Source of the DNA: Ostrea edulis
Taxonomy: Eukaryota
Length of the DNA stretch: 64,000 bases
Direction of reading: 5' to 3'
Assembly (NCBI RefSeq): GCF_947568905.1
Contig: NC_079165.1
Coordinates: 34,348,001 to 34,412,000, forward strand
The notes below the pieces were generated by a model. It worked only from the letters and a program-made list of their open reading frames with translations, was not told the DNA's origin and searched no databases. Both the position numbers and the translations under genes were made by a program. Shown here one piece after another: positions 13,652 through 25,666 of the stretch; positions within the stretch are counted from its first letter, which is position 1; the number at the start of each line of letters is the position of its first letter.

Positions 13652-14900
13652 CAACAAGAGGCCCATGTGCCATGTCGCTCACATGAACTACCTTGGCCCT
13701 GGTGTTGTTCAAGGTCAACACCAAACTATAACAAGGTCTTGCCATAAAGAACCTATATACAAAATATGAAAGGCCTACCTTAACTAGTTTAGGAGATATT
13801 ATATAGGTCAGGTTTTTCTTAAAGTAAGTCAAACTCCAAGATCAAAAGATCGAACACCATTGTGTCACAATCTCCTGCCATAAAGAATCTCTATACAAAA
13901 TATGAAAGCCCTACCTAAAATAGTTCCTGATATACTTAATAGATGTTTTCTTAAAAGTAGATCAAACTCAGAGTTTAAGGCCACAAGATCAAAGGACATG
14001 ATATGAAATGAAAGGTCTTGCCATATAAGAAATTGATGATAATCATATAATACAAGATATGAAAGATCTACCCAGGATTTGACACTAAGGCATGTCCGAC
14101 CGGTCGGGTATAATGTCGACTAGTCTGACTGGTCGTGTTGAAAAAATAAACAAGAAACTTTACTTTATTTAATTAAACCGCAAGATATCTTATTCTTAAC
14201 TAAAAGAAAATAACTGTAAAGAGTTTGCAAGCAATCTTGAACCGTGTGATGGAATAATCTCTATTTTTAGTTCTAATAATTTAAATAAGTCGCGGTCGGA
14301 AGTGATGTTTTAATTTTAAACAGTTTATTTGAACTGACTATAATAAAGTGTTTATCAAGTTAATAAATTACGTCGTAAACAGCTATTTAAAGAATATCTG
14401 TGCCGGGTAGAATTTAAAGAAACAGAAAACGTGTTTGAAAATCAAATTGAATGACGAGATTTAAGATATTTTTGAGACAATTAAATACGTTTTGGTTCAA
14501 ACTTAACGTTTGTCATTTAAATGAAGTATTTAAATATGGAGAAACTATCAGGGGTTTTTTCTGGAAAGTTGGTCAGGGCTAGTGGATATAAAGTCAGGTC
14601 TAGTAAAAATCATTTGAAGTAGTCCGACTGGTCTAGTGCTCAAAAAAGTAAATGTCAAACCCTGCTACCTTAGATAGTTCAGAACATATTGAATAGGTAA
14701 CATTTTTTTAATTAAAAGTAGGTCAAACTTCCAGGTCAAGGTCACAAGATCACACATAAGTGGATCATCCTTTAAGGAATGTGTACATAAAAATATGAAA
14801 TCCCTAGCTTAAATAGTGAATAGACAAGTTGTAAATCCTTAATATAAAGTCATAATAACTGCATGTCTTTCTTTTCAATTTCACAAGTAAAAAAAAAGGT
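13652..14900 (+). mobile_element. Helentron/MITE-like non-autonomous element (aacaagaggcccatg...gctcac terminus) with nested insertion
   Basis: Terminal motif is shared with 3136, 6817, 27474-28231 and 40757-42211. Internal repeats of the form aaatatgaaagccctacct. Right boundary approximate. Confidence 0.55.
14073..14664. mobile_element. MITE with CAGG TIRs and 5-bp TSD (ctacc)
   Basis: caggatttgaca ... tgtcaaaccctg; ctacc directly flanks both ends; it interrupts the host repeat. Confidence 0.75.
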
Positions 14901-15821
14901 TGGGGTTGGAAATGGTTATTTTGATTTAGAATGTCTAAAATAAAATTGATAAAATATTGCTGGGAAATGAAAACGACCTAACCCCCACCTTTCTGCATTT
15001 TGGAGGCCTGATTATCATCATCTCCTGCATGGTTATGGATCCAAATATGCTTTTGACATTATACCTGTCTGCTTGGATGTTTTCAGATCTCGTTTCGGGA
15101 TTTTTTTTCCATTGCATGAAATTCATTTATTTGGTCTGTCCATTTTAAGTTTGTCTGTATGGCCACGGTGATACAGATATATTTAGCTGCTGGTACAATT
15201 ACAGACTATTTAATATATTATAATAGTTACTCATCATTATGATTATAGGGTCACCTAATCTGTTGAACCTCCAGGTTGATCAAGTGGTTTACTAATTGCA
15301 TGTGTGCTGATTTGTATTGTATATATGTATGCATCTTATTTCTCCTCCACACTGATGTAAATTATTTTATGAGAATAAAGTCATTGTCATATAACTTTAA
15401 TAAAATAGGTGCATGTGCAGGCCGCAGGGCAAGCACAGGGGCTTGTCACAAATTGACCACCTGTATGAATATAAATATAGAAAAGGTGGTGTCAAAATTA
15501 AAAAGACTAAAAATATGTGATGTCCGCCCCTGGGCTGTGGGCATGTGGGACATGCAAATTAAAGAATACTTTTTAAAAGACAGCTGGGTGGAAATCAGCT
15601 GGATTACTCTGATAACATGTGATTCTAGTTTCCATTTAAATGAATCGTTACAACAACAATTTCGAACTGTTGAGTATCATACAGATACAGATAACTATAA
15701 TTCTGCGTCATTTAAATAATTAATCAACACATTGATTTCTCAGCATTGTATGGCTAGGCTAAATATTATTTGGATACAGTAGATTATACTAACTACCGAC
15801 TTCACCATATTAATAACTAAC

Positions 15822-15943
15822 CTGTCGTCATTTTGACCATGGTGACTAGATTCCCCCCAGATGAGGTCCCTAAACCTATATCTTGGTGGCAATGGAGGAA
15901 CCTGTGAGTAGGATTCTATAAATTCCATATCATCTTCAAACAT
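15822..15943 (-). CDS. slo2: Slo2 alternative first coding exon, Slick/Slack-A-like ([41 protein letters not shown])
   Basis: Matches the KCNT2 N-terminus [25 protein letters not shown]. ATG at 15943 with an upstream in-frame stop; donor ag|gttagt, phase 2. Confidence 0.92.
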
Positions 15944-17331
15944 TTTTATATCTTGCCATACTCAGCTTCAGTATCTCATATTGCCTATCTATACGAGTTA
16001 TAATTTACCGCAACGAAGAGTATATACTTGATAAATGAGATCAATCGTTAGCACAACTATTCAACAAAAATGAATGTATCTAATCAAGTATCGAAAATAA
16101 GTATTTAAAAAAATTGTATAAATTTTTTATATGAAATTTGATGATACCAGTCAATGATTTTCGTTTTGTTCGTTGTGATTTGAAAAATTCTAAAACCTTA
16201 CAGATTCGTGAATACACAGTGGCAGCCAGCAAATGAATGAGATCAGAGATGTTTAACAATGTGAACCAATTACGGTAATACCATCAATTAATTATTAAGA
16301 TAAAACCCAACTCTTTGTTATTTATTTCATGTCAAACAATAAACAGTTAAACGTAACTCACTCCACAAACAAAACGTTTCGAATTTCCTCAGTTTAACCG
16401 AGCTTATTGTACAAGTCATTCATGAATGAGGGATTGATTCTTTTAGGCACTGTGAGTTACGGAAGAAGTTTTTACTGACAAAAAAAAATCTCGCAATGAA
16501 TGCCAGGACTTTAAACATGTTAAACGTCAATTTCGGTAGTTTCTGTGTACACAAACATACACTGCACTGATGCGAAAAATGCAATAAGACAAAGGATGAA
16601 ATCTTGCCCATTTAAAGGGTGAGATTTTTTTAGGGGGTTGGGGGTGTTGGTTGGTTCTTTAGGTGAAAGTCTATCAACGTCAAGACAAAGCAGATTTTGA
16701 GGAATTTTCTATACAATGTATACATGTCTTGTTGTGTGAACCAAATAAATGCACCTCCTATTCAAACACAATAAGATCTGTCATCATAATTCATTTATTA
16801 GAATTTCAACATTAAAGTAATTTAGTTTGCATTGGCATTACTTGACGATGCTGATTTCACATATATATAGGCCTATTCATTTAGAAAGGCAAATAACTTT
16901 GGACAAAAAGACGAGAATTTTACAAAATACATTTAGACATCTTCTCAGCAGGGGAGCATGCAGCTGTAGCAGGTTTTTCTTTTTATCATACTGAGTGCAA
17001 GCCAGTAAATGATTAATTACTAGCAGTTTGCTAACTGCCACGCCAAGTATCTAAATACATCCAAGCTAATTGAAAGCTTTTTTTTATTCCAATACGTGAT
17101 ATCGGAACTATCAAATTTTGGAACTCTTCTGTAAAAGAAGTCCCAAAAATATTCTGCTTCACTAGGACAACTCTTGTATACAAAGTACCGATGGCTAAAG
17201 ATGATTTAATTCTTAATATGAAAATATCTGCCTGATTTGAAGATTAATTTTCAGAATGTTGCAAACAAATATCCTACTACCAAAAACATGAGTTATAACT
17301 TAAATTATTGGATTAAATTTCTGATGTTTCA

Positions 17332-17667
17332 TAGCGGAGAACAACTCAAAAATAATTCAAATATTTCCTCTACCATGTGTGTATATTTACTCACTTTGTT
17401 AGATTTTCAAGAGTCAATGCATAACAACCAACCGCAATGTAATGAATATTGTAAATAATCACATTTTGTTGTGCATCAATCTCAAGGCACATAGTAACAA
17501 CAACAACCCCCAACAACGTTTCGTAGCGGAGAACAACTAAAAAATAATTCAAATATTTCCTCTACCATGTGTGTATATTTACTCACTTTGTTAGATTTTC
17601 TAGAGTCAATGCATAACAACCAACCGCAATGTAAGTTGTGCATCAATCTCAAGGCACATAGTAACAC
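17332..17667. repeat. Local tandem duplication (two copies offset 192 bp)
   Basis: tagcggagaacaact...aaccgcaatgtaa...gcatcaatctcaaggcacatagtaaca at 17332 and 17524. Confidence 0.85.
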
Positions 17668-20654
17668 CCGGTAGATACGGATGAAAAGCACGATTGATTC
17701 TATCATGATACAATTAACTAGTTTTACCAATCTCATACGTAATTTCTTATAGAGACGCTCATTGATTCATTTATTTCAACAAATCCAATCAAAATGCTGG
17801 ATAGATATAATCTAGGTAATCTAAATGCATAAACCAAACACATGTTGTAAAGTTTTATTCCCAGCAATCGCGTCGGCTCAAAATTATGAGAAGGACCCAT
17901 TTAGTCGTACTATTCGTGAGTCCTTCGATGTGTACGTCGGTGCAAGGCCGACGGAACGACGAATTTGGAACACTCGCACCCACTTCACTTCACATGTGAA
18001 GTATTTTTCCCTTTTAAGACTTTATCATCAAATACGAAACTCATCATTTTCACATGCAGACATCAATTTATTAGCTGGTCACTTTTTATCATAGTGATAA
18101 ATGGTAGTGTAAGGTTGAACTGATGAATTGAAATAGTGTATACTGAGTATTCTGAAGGATACCCCTACCCCTCTACGATTTTGGGATTTGGGCAGAACTA
18201 CTTTTCTTGCTAACTAAGAATTTTCATACAAATATGATTGCAACAGTAAATTAAACTTTTATCCCCCCCCCCTTTTCACTTCCAAAAATGACACTTAGTG
18301 TCTGAACTCATTATATCCAATACATGTTTAAGTAGTGTGCTTGTATCTACTGAAAAGTTGCCCAAGTTAACGCAGAAAACAAGATCTTGTTGGACAAATC
18401 AATTATTAAATCTGCGACCAAAAATCCTTTTCACCGCTTTTGTGAGGCATGAATCACGACATTTTTCACAATTATTTCCATGTCCCTGAATCAGTATCTA
18501 TCATGTATCACATACATAGTAACCAAGCAGCATTTTTTTTTTGGAAAGATTTTGAATGTTCAATGAATTTTATTATGGAATTGGAATGTGAAATACCACT
18601 GGAAAAGTATATATATGCATTTATACAAAAAAAATGTAGTAATTTGTCAGCACTAGATATATACACTTTTGAAGTTCTTGAAGCACTTTTAAAAATTCTG
18701 GAGTGGAATTGACCAAAACTCTTAGCATGTAGAGATGACCTGTTCCCTAATCTTCATCTTTGCTAGCCAAGGGTTTTCAGTCCATTCCGCTCTCTGAAAA
18801 CTCTTGGCTATTCAAGACTTTTATACTTTCTCTTTCTTCATGATGCTACTTCCCTCAATGAGAACATTTTGTACATTTGCCAATGTGCAGATGTCACAAT
18901 GCATCAAGTCCAATTTGAGATCGTATCTTAACCAGTCCCTGTGAAATTTCCTGCTAATTATTTTTACATTATGGTGTGGAAAGTTTTAGACTAAATCAGA
19001 TGTTTGAGCTGCTGGGGATAAATAAAAAGATCCTGATTTGGAGTAAAGTCATACACAGCTAATTGCAAGGGTCAGAAGCTGCAAGTATACACCTTCCCAT
19101 TTTGACAAGCAAAGTGCCAAAAAAGAATGGTGTACATAGTTGAATTTGGTTACCAATATTTCAATTTAATTTGCTATGTGCTCATCAATAGTGGCTAACC
19201 ACATGCTCATGAAATATTTGCTAGCTTCAAAAACAAACACATAAAATTTAAGATATATTCATTAATGAACTTGACCACAAAACTACATAAATCGTGCAGC
19301 AATGATAATTGATGTACACAGTATCTCTGGTTACAGTTTTCTCAACAGAAGTGGACAGGCTATAGTCTAGCTAGGCTATGGCTGTCCACTCCTCTGAAGG
19401 AGATAAAGTTATGACCTGTGGAGATGATGAATCCAGTGAAGGAGACTTTAATTATACAATGTAAAACAATTGACCGCAATACCCATCCATCGTCCTGTAT
19501 TACACAAATTATAAATTTCTGTCAGGCCTAATTACCTGGAACCTTTGTCTGACCAAAACATTGTTCGCACTTATTCAACATGAGCTTTCTGGTCACAGGT
19601 GTTTATCTGACTGAATTAACAAACAAGAGACAAAAAAAGACTCTTATTATTACAAAAAATGATTTTCACCACTTTTGAATTTCTTTTCACCACTTTTGAA
19701 AAAAAAAATTGCCAAACGGAGAAGCCCAGCTAAAACATTTTCTGCTACATGAAACACTAGTCCTTCTGTTGCATTCAGCTGATCTGCAAGCTTAATAAAT
19801 TGAATCTTTTTGAGGTAATTAAGGGCCCCTTACCACAGTAGACTTTGATTTTGAAGAATAGATCATATAAGTGAAATATTGGCTCTTTGAAGTTCTTGGA
19901 ATTGCCCTTAATTAAAGTTTCAGGAATTGAATCCTAGTGCTCGGTGTGTGATTATATTTACATGTATTAAGTAGTCCAGCCTTAGGTTAATGATGAAGAT
20001 ATATACTTTGGGCCCTGATGCATGTATTAGTATGATGCCATCATGCCAGTTAGTCACCAGAGGTTGTTCTCCATAGTTCTGGCAGTGAGTATTAACTGTA
20101 TAGTTGAAGCTAAAATGGAGTGATACAAAGTGAAATGTAAACTCTAACTGCAAATGTTCCATTTTATAGATGTGCTTTTTACCAATGAGTATTAAGTATA
20201 CATGATTGTAAGAATAGTATTTCTCGTTGGTAAGGAAAAAATCTTAATCATTGTACATGTAATTAATATCATGAATTCACTCTTTTCTCAATACGCTATA
20301 GAGATAATGAGTGGAAATGTTTAGTGTATATAATATATGCAAGAGCAATGAATGATTGGTGAGTGATCAAGGAATAAATGAGAAATATCAAAGTTGCAAA
20401 GCAAAAGCTAGCGAAATGAAACACAGCGTAAAAGATTGAGCACAAAATCAATGGTCAGAAAATGAGTGATTTTTATGGACTGAATCACTAATATGGCATT
20501 GTATCATGAAAATTACATCAGCACTGCACAACACAGTGAAAATAATTTATCATATATAAATGTTTTGTTATAAATGTTTTTTATTTAAACAAGGAATATT
20601 GTAACATTATATAATTTATATAATATATTTTGAAAAAAAGAAGATATGTTTTAA

Positions 20655-20969
20655 GGTAGTACTCTACATCATCATAATGGCTGACTTCCTTTAAAAACAT
20701 GGATGAAAAAATTGATATCAGCAATATTTGACTTTTCCTTTTCCATTTAAAATACCTAGCCGAGTAGCTCAGTAGCTTAGAATACCGACTGATGAACTGT
20801 GGGTCGCATGTTCGAGTCCAGCAGGGGTTTTAAATTTTTTTTCAGATTACCTTCTACTAAAACTGTATTTTTTAACAAAATGAATTTGAAAATTTTCAAC
20901 TTCAAAATATTGTTGTACATATCCTCCACTTTTCATCTACATTAAATTTCTCTGGTGTAGCATACCTCC
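20655..20969. mobile_element. TTAA-flanked non-autonomous DNA element (Kolobok/piggyBac-like) containing a tRNA-like segment
   Basis: ttaa|ggtagtactctacatc ... ggtgtagcatacctcc|ttaa; imperfect TIR of 11/16. Confidence 0.55.
20759..20827 (+). pseudogene. Degenerate tRNA-like sequence (tRNA-Phe-like scaffold, GAT at the anticodon position)
   Basis: gccgagtagctcagt (A box) ... gactgatgaact ... gttcgagtcc (B box). The acceptor stem cannot pair. Confidence 0.55.
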
Positions 20970-21336
20970 TTAACTCTTAGATATAAACATTAATTTCCCA
21001 TGAAAGTTTTTTTTCAATACACAGTAAAAATCTATGGCCCTTTGACCATAAATGATAAATTGATGTTCTTCTACTTTGATGTATTATTGATTTTTTTACT
21101 CATTAGATGAAGCTTTTCATTTTATAAAAGTCAAACTAAAGCAAGCTTTTATCTGTTCACAATTTTCATGGAACAGTTTATCAGAATGAGAAACATGGAT
21201 TTTCTAGTGAAGTGCTAGTTCCACCGACTTTTCAGTTAATGCTAATGCAAACTTTCTTACATGTTCAATGTAATTTTATATTCTGTAGAGGTAGCATATT
21301 CTGGATCAACAGCTGATCTGCGTATAGTAGTATTTA

Positions 21337-21818
21337 TAGGGGTGAAATGATACAGTACCTTCTCGATTCGATTTTCAATACTTTAGTCTCGATTCAATGA
21401 TTTTCGATTCAATACAATAGCATGTACCAAATTCTTTATAATGCTAAGATTTTTTATGTTTCATGGTATTTATTGCTTTCTGCAAATAAATTCTACATAA
21501 TGTAAAAACATTTAACGTAAAGCAACTCTCTTATCACTTGTCCTAAAGCTGAAATGTTGCCATACCCAGGATTTATACGTTGGGGGTACATTTTTCAACT
21601 TGACTGCGTCCAATTTGATACTGCAAAGTTTAGTCGTACATTGATTGGGCAATTTTCAATTTCATTGGCCAATCAGAATCCATGTTATAAAAAACAATGT
21701 GTGCAATGATTCTAGAACTGTATCGAACCGAAACAGACCCGGAATAAATCGAACATCGAATCGAGACCACTGCATTGTGATTCGGCCGCATCGCGATGCA
21801 TCGTTTCCCCCCCTTAAA
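21337..21818. mobile_element. MITE-like element with taggggtgaaa/tttccccccctta ends
   Basis: Imperfect terminal inverted repeats and internal tcgattc/gaatcga repeats on opposite arms; TSD unclear. Confidence 0.5.
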
Positions 21819-22838
21819 CTAGTAATATTGTTCACGTTCTGTGTATTTTTACAAACATTGTATTCAAAGGATTGAAATTTACACCTTGCAGCATTTTGTG
21901 CTCATTTTCATGTTTGAATTACACAGTTTTAAATTCACACAGTGAATCTTTTATTACTCGCTTTAGAACTTCATCTCATAAATTGAAGGTCGAAGTTGGC
22001 CTGAAGACATGATAATATTGTCAGAGAGTGACGGTTATGTACTGTTTGGGAGCTAAATGTCAATACAGAAGACGAGTTCCACTGTATTTTAATATATATA
22101 CATGATGACTTGAGAAAAAATATGTTACGTAGAGAATATAATTAAAACGAAATTTATTGAACAAAGCAAGGTCAAAATTATTACAATCGGCAACCTTCTA
22201 CAAGGAGGGAAATTTTGTTTGGATGTGCCAAATCTTAGAAATATCTGGGTAAGAGAAATTGTTAGCTTATTTATTTAGAAATGAAAAAGTGATTTGAGGC
22301 TTACATTAGAAGTCTCTTCAATGTTGTGTGTAGCTAATAGGAATTGATGGGATCCTGGTACTAAATAGAATTGATTTCAAGCAAATGTATTTTTATTAAA
22401 CTTTACTCTGGCATTCTTATCTGTAAAACATGGTTGCATCAGAAATATAGACTCATGACATAGCATCAAAATTATCTTTATTCCCAAAGTCACTAATTCG
22501 GTCCCTGTGTTCGATGTACATGTAGTATTACATGTATATGATTTATTACCCTACATTTCTCACAATAAACTTTCCTTAACTAACCAACATTTTAGCAGGT
22601 GATTCTTTTGATAATGCAGAGTTGGTAGTGAAGTGTCCTTATCATTGACACTTAGAGGTAATTTCTTATCTGAAGGACAGGAGGTGAACTCTGTGAGAAT
22701 TTCATTACCATCTGCCTTAGCTCCTTTTGTAAGACCAACACGTAATACTAACACGTACACAATGATTTCATGGATATTTCTTTCTTCAGGTGAAAGAGGG
22801 ACAACTCTTACAAATCAACCTAGAATGCGTTCAATACC

Positions 22839-23154
22839 ATGAGAAGGAAATGGAGAGTATTGGTCGGCTGTATGGTAATCTTTATTCTGTTTGTTTCCTA
22901 CAAAATACTGGAACCAGACATCAAAGGAAAGGTAACCCAGGTGGAAGCAGATAGCAAAGGGCTTCCTGTGGCAAGGGAAGACAACTCTGATGCGGAAGAA
23001 GTGGAGACTCCGCGAGACCCAGAGGAGATTGTGAAGGAACTGCGGCAGAAATATTGGCTAGATTTCAGCTTTCCTTTGAAGGACTCCCCATGGCGTTTGG
23101 CAGAGAGAATGGTGAATGACAGGAAGGTACATCCGGAATATGTTCCAGAGCTAG
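22839..23154 (+). CDS. FAM20B: FAM20B glycosaminoglycan xylosylkinase, coding exon 1 (signal-anchor and stem)
   Basis: Acceptor at 22789, ATG at 22839, hydrophobic VLVGCMVIFILFVSY after basic MRRKWR. SPWRLAERMV...VHPEYVPELG resembles FAM20B. Donor g|gtatga. Confidence 0.93.
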
Positions 23155-23213
23155 GTATGATAATGTATGATTTCTCTCACTATATCCTACAGGATAAAAC
23201 TTGTATATACTTA

Positions 23214-23431
23214 TATTGTATACCGGGTAATTTTATCCCCACCCCCTTTTTGGCCCTTTTACATTTGGAAGTGATTTTGATTTTGTCCTGTTTTAAATTT
23301 GCCCAGACACAGGATATTATAAGAATCAAAGATCAGAGATTTTGAATTTGCCCAGTCTTAAATTTGCTCACCGACAATGAGAGAAAAAGAGGTGAAAATA
23401 GAGTGGGGGTGAAGATTTCTCCGTATACAGT
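23214..23431. mobile_element. Short MITE
   Basis: tgtatataccgggtaattttatcccc ... ggggtgaagatttctccgtatacagta inverted ends. Confidence 0.55.
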
Positions 23432-23516
23432 ATCTGTATGGAGAAGATCTCACAAGAGCAAATCAGAATTTGTAATTCTGGTTTGATGTCTTACATATAC
23501 AATGTACAGGAATCTT

Positions 23517-24477
23517 TTTTATACGCCCGTCATTAGATGGGACGTATTATGTTGTGGCACTGTCCGTGTGTCCATCCGGCTGGCTGGCTGTTCATCCGTC
23601 CGTCTTGGGTCATGTTTTCCAGACTTTTTTCCATAACAGATGCATGTACAACTTTGAAATTTGGTCCCAATATCTCCCTCAAGAATTGTAAGAGTGAGTT
23701 TGCATTTCAGCTGGATTGGTCCATCCTTGACCTACTTTAGGGCTATAAGTAGGTCAAACAATTTTCTGGACTTTTTTTCGTTACAGATACAGATATTGCC
23801 CTGAAATTTACACATAGGCTTCCTTTCAGAGGAATACAAGTTTAGTTTGCATTTCAGCTGGATTGGTCCATTCTTGACCTACTTTTGGACTAAAAATAGG
23901 TCAGACAGTTTTCCGGGCTTGTTTTTTTCATTACGGATACAGATATTGCCCTGATATTTAGTCAAAGGCTTCCTCTCGGAGGAAGACAAGTGCAGTTAAC
24001 ATTTCAGCTGGATTGGCACACAATGACCTACAGTACTTTAGGGGTAGAAGTAGGTCAAACAGTTTTCCAGATTTTTTTTTTGGTATGGTCAAAGGTATTG
24101 CTCTGAAATTAAGTCAAAACCTCCCTTTCAGAGAAATACATAATCAGTTAACATTTCAAACATTTCAACTTAATTGGTGCACCATGACCTACTTTAGGGC
24201 TAAAAGTAGATCAAATGGTTTCCTGGACCATAGCTGGACCTTAGCTGAACCAATATCTATATCATAGATAGATATTGCACCGACATTTTGTCACAACCTC
24301 ACTCTCGGAGAAATACATAATCAGTTTACAGGTCAGATGGATTGGTGCACCATTACCCACTTTAAGGCTTTTCTGTTCAGAATGTGTGTTGTATCAATTC
24401 ATAGTGCACAATATGCTTCCAGGTTGAATTTCACTGTCCGATGGGCGTATATTGTACCATTTGCGGTACTCTTGTTC
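23517..24477. mobile_element. Helentron-like element with internal ~150-bp tandem units
   Basis: ttttatacgcccgtc start and gatgggcgtata...gtactcttgtt end. Repeated cagatattgccctgaaattt / catttcagctggattgg units. Confidence 0.6.
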
Positions 24478-24599
24478 TCTTCTATTTCAAACAGTATATG
24501 TTCACTTGCAATGTACATAGTTAAAAATAAATCTGAAGTGGAGCAAAAACCTTGTTACTAAACCAGTACACATTTATAGTATGGAGTAACTTGACTTAC

Positions 24600-24790
24600 C
24601 TCTCTAGGTTGGTCTCGGAGCCATAAGCATAGTTGAGAATATCTCTATCGGGACCTAACCCGAATGCTGGAACTTTCTGATACCTCACATTCTTCATAGC
24701 TCTAGTTTTGTTGATTCTGTACCTCCTCCGAGGTTTGATAGGGTCATTTTCCCCCTCCTCACTCACTAAAGAAGATGATGAACTGAGCAT
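24600..24790 (-). CDS. slo2: Candidate distal alternative first coding exon of Slo2, nested in FAM20B intron 1 (MLSSSSSLVSEEG...YGSETNLER)
   Basis: ATG at 24790 with an upstream in-frame stop; 63 codons plus 2 nt; perfect ag|gtaagt donor. Phase 2, like the other first exons. Ends in ...ER immediately before the shared V-R-V-E-F exon. Confidence 0.62.
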
Positions 24791-25252
24791 TGTACAATTA
24801 TCACAATAAGATTAATTTTTCCAATTTTTTCATTAATAGATGTATAATGAAACTGTTGAACCCTCCATTTTATGTGCTGTATTTAATTAACTCTACTAAA
24901 CCAAGGGTAATCCTCTAAGTTAATCTTGCATATTTTGATTTAAATGTGAACTGGTAATTTGAATGCATTGATCAGTGTATCAATAACGTTACATTATATA
25001 TTATGATTAAGAATTCTGTGTTTTTTAATACATTTACTCTACAGCTTGTTTGTAGATGAGGAATTTCCCTAGATTAGTATATGCTTGACTATTTAAGATA
25101 AGCCATACATAATAAGTACTTGGTAAATATTCATATTCAGTATGGGTCTTTGTATTTTTGGAGAAGTTTAGAGTGATCCTTATCACTTCAAAGCTGTATG
25201 ATCCAATGTTCATTATTTTTGGTACATAATTACTTTAAAGCAGATTAATTAG

Positions 25253-25666
25253 CAGGGATAGACATTAACTTTTCTTCTTACTTGCCCTTCGGGCAAGTAA
25301 ACTCGAAGTTTTACTGGTCCAAATGAAAAACTTAGTTGTCCGAAATATTTACTAGTAAGACTCTAATAAGCCTGTCAACCAGTAATTCTAATTATCTCTC
25401 TCTGTCAATTGGTGATACAGTACAATCTACTAGAATGGGCCTTCACTATAACCTGATGATTTGGTAAAGAAAACAGTAATATATGGAGTTGGACTTTACG
25501 TTCTAATATTTGATATTCATCAAGCTTAACACAATTATCAGAATAATCACATTTCCTACTTAAATAATCACTTGCCCCATCGGGCAAGTGGGTATTGAGT
25601 TTCACTTGTCCGAACTGGGTTTTCACTTGCCTCGGGCAATCGGACAACCGTTAATGTCGATCCCTG
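25253..25666. mobile_element. MITE with 17-bp CAGGG TIRs and 5-bp TSD (attag)
   Basis: attag|cagggatagacattaac ... gttaatgtcgatccctg|attag. Confidence 0.8.

Noticed and set aside
19536-19561. Micro first-exon candidate MFWSDKGSR with a phase-2 donor
   Set aside because: Only 8 codons, a moderate donor (gtaatt) and no independent support.
20759-20827. Functional tRNA gene
   Set aside because: The acceptor stem does not pair and the sequence is embedded in a mobile element; kept only as a tRNA-like relic.
23155-23345. C-terminal extension of the 168-aa ORF at 22839
   Set aside because: It is read-through into intron 1 (MITE sequence); the real exon ends at the 23154 donor, which joins exon 2 in frame.
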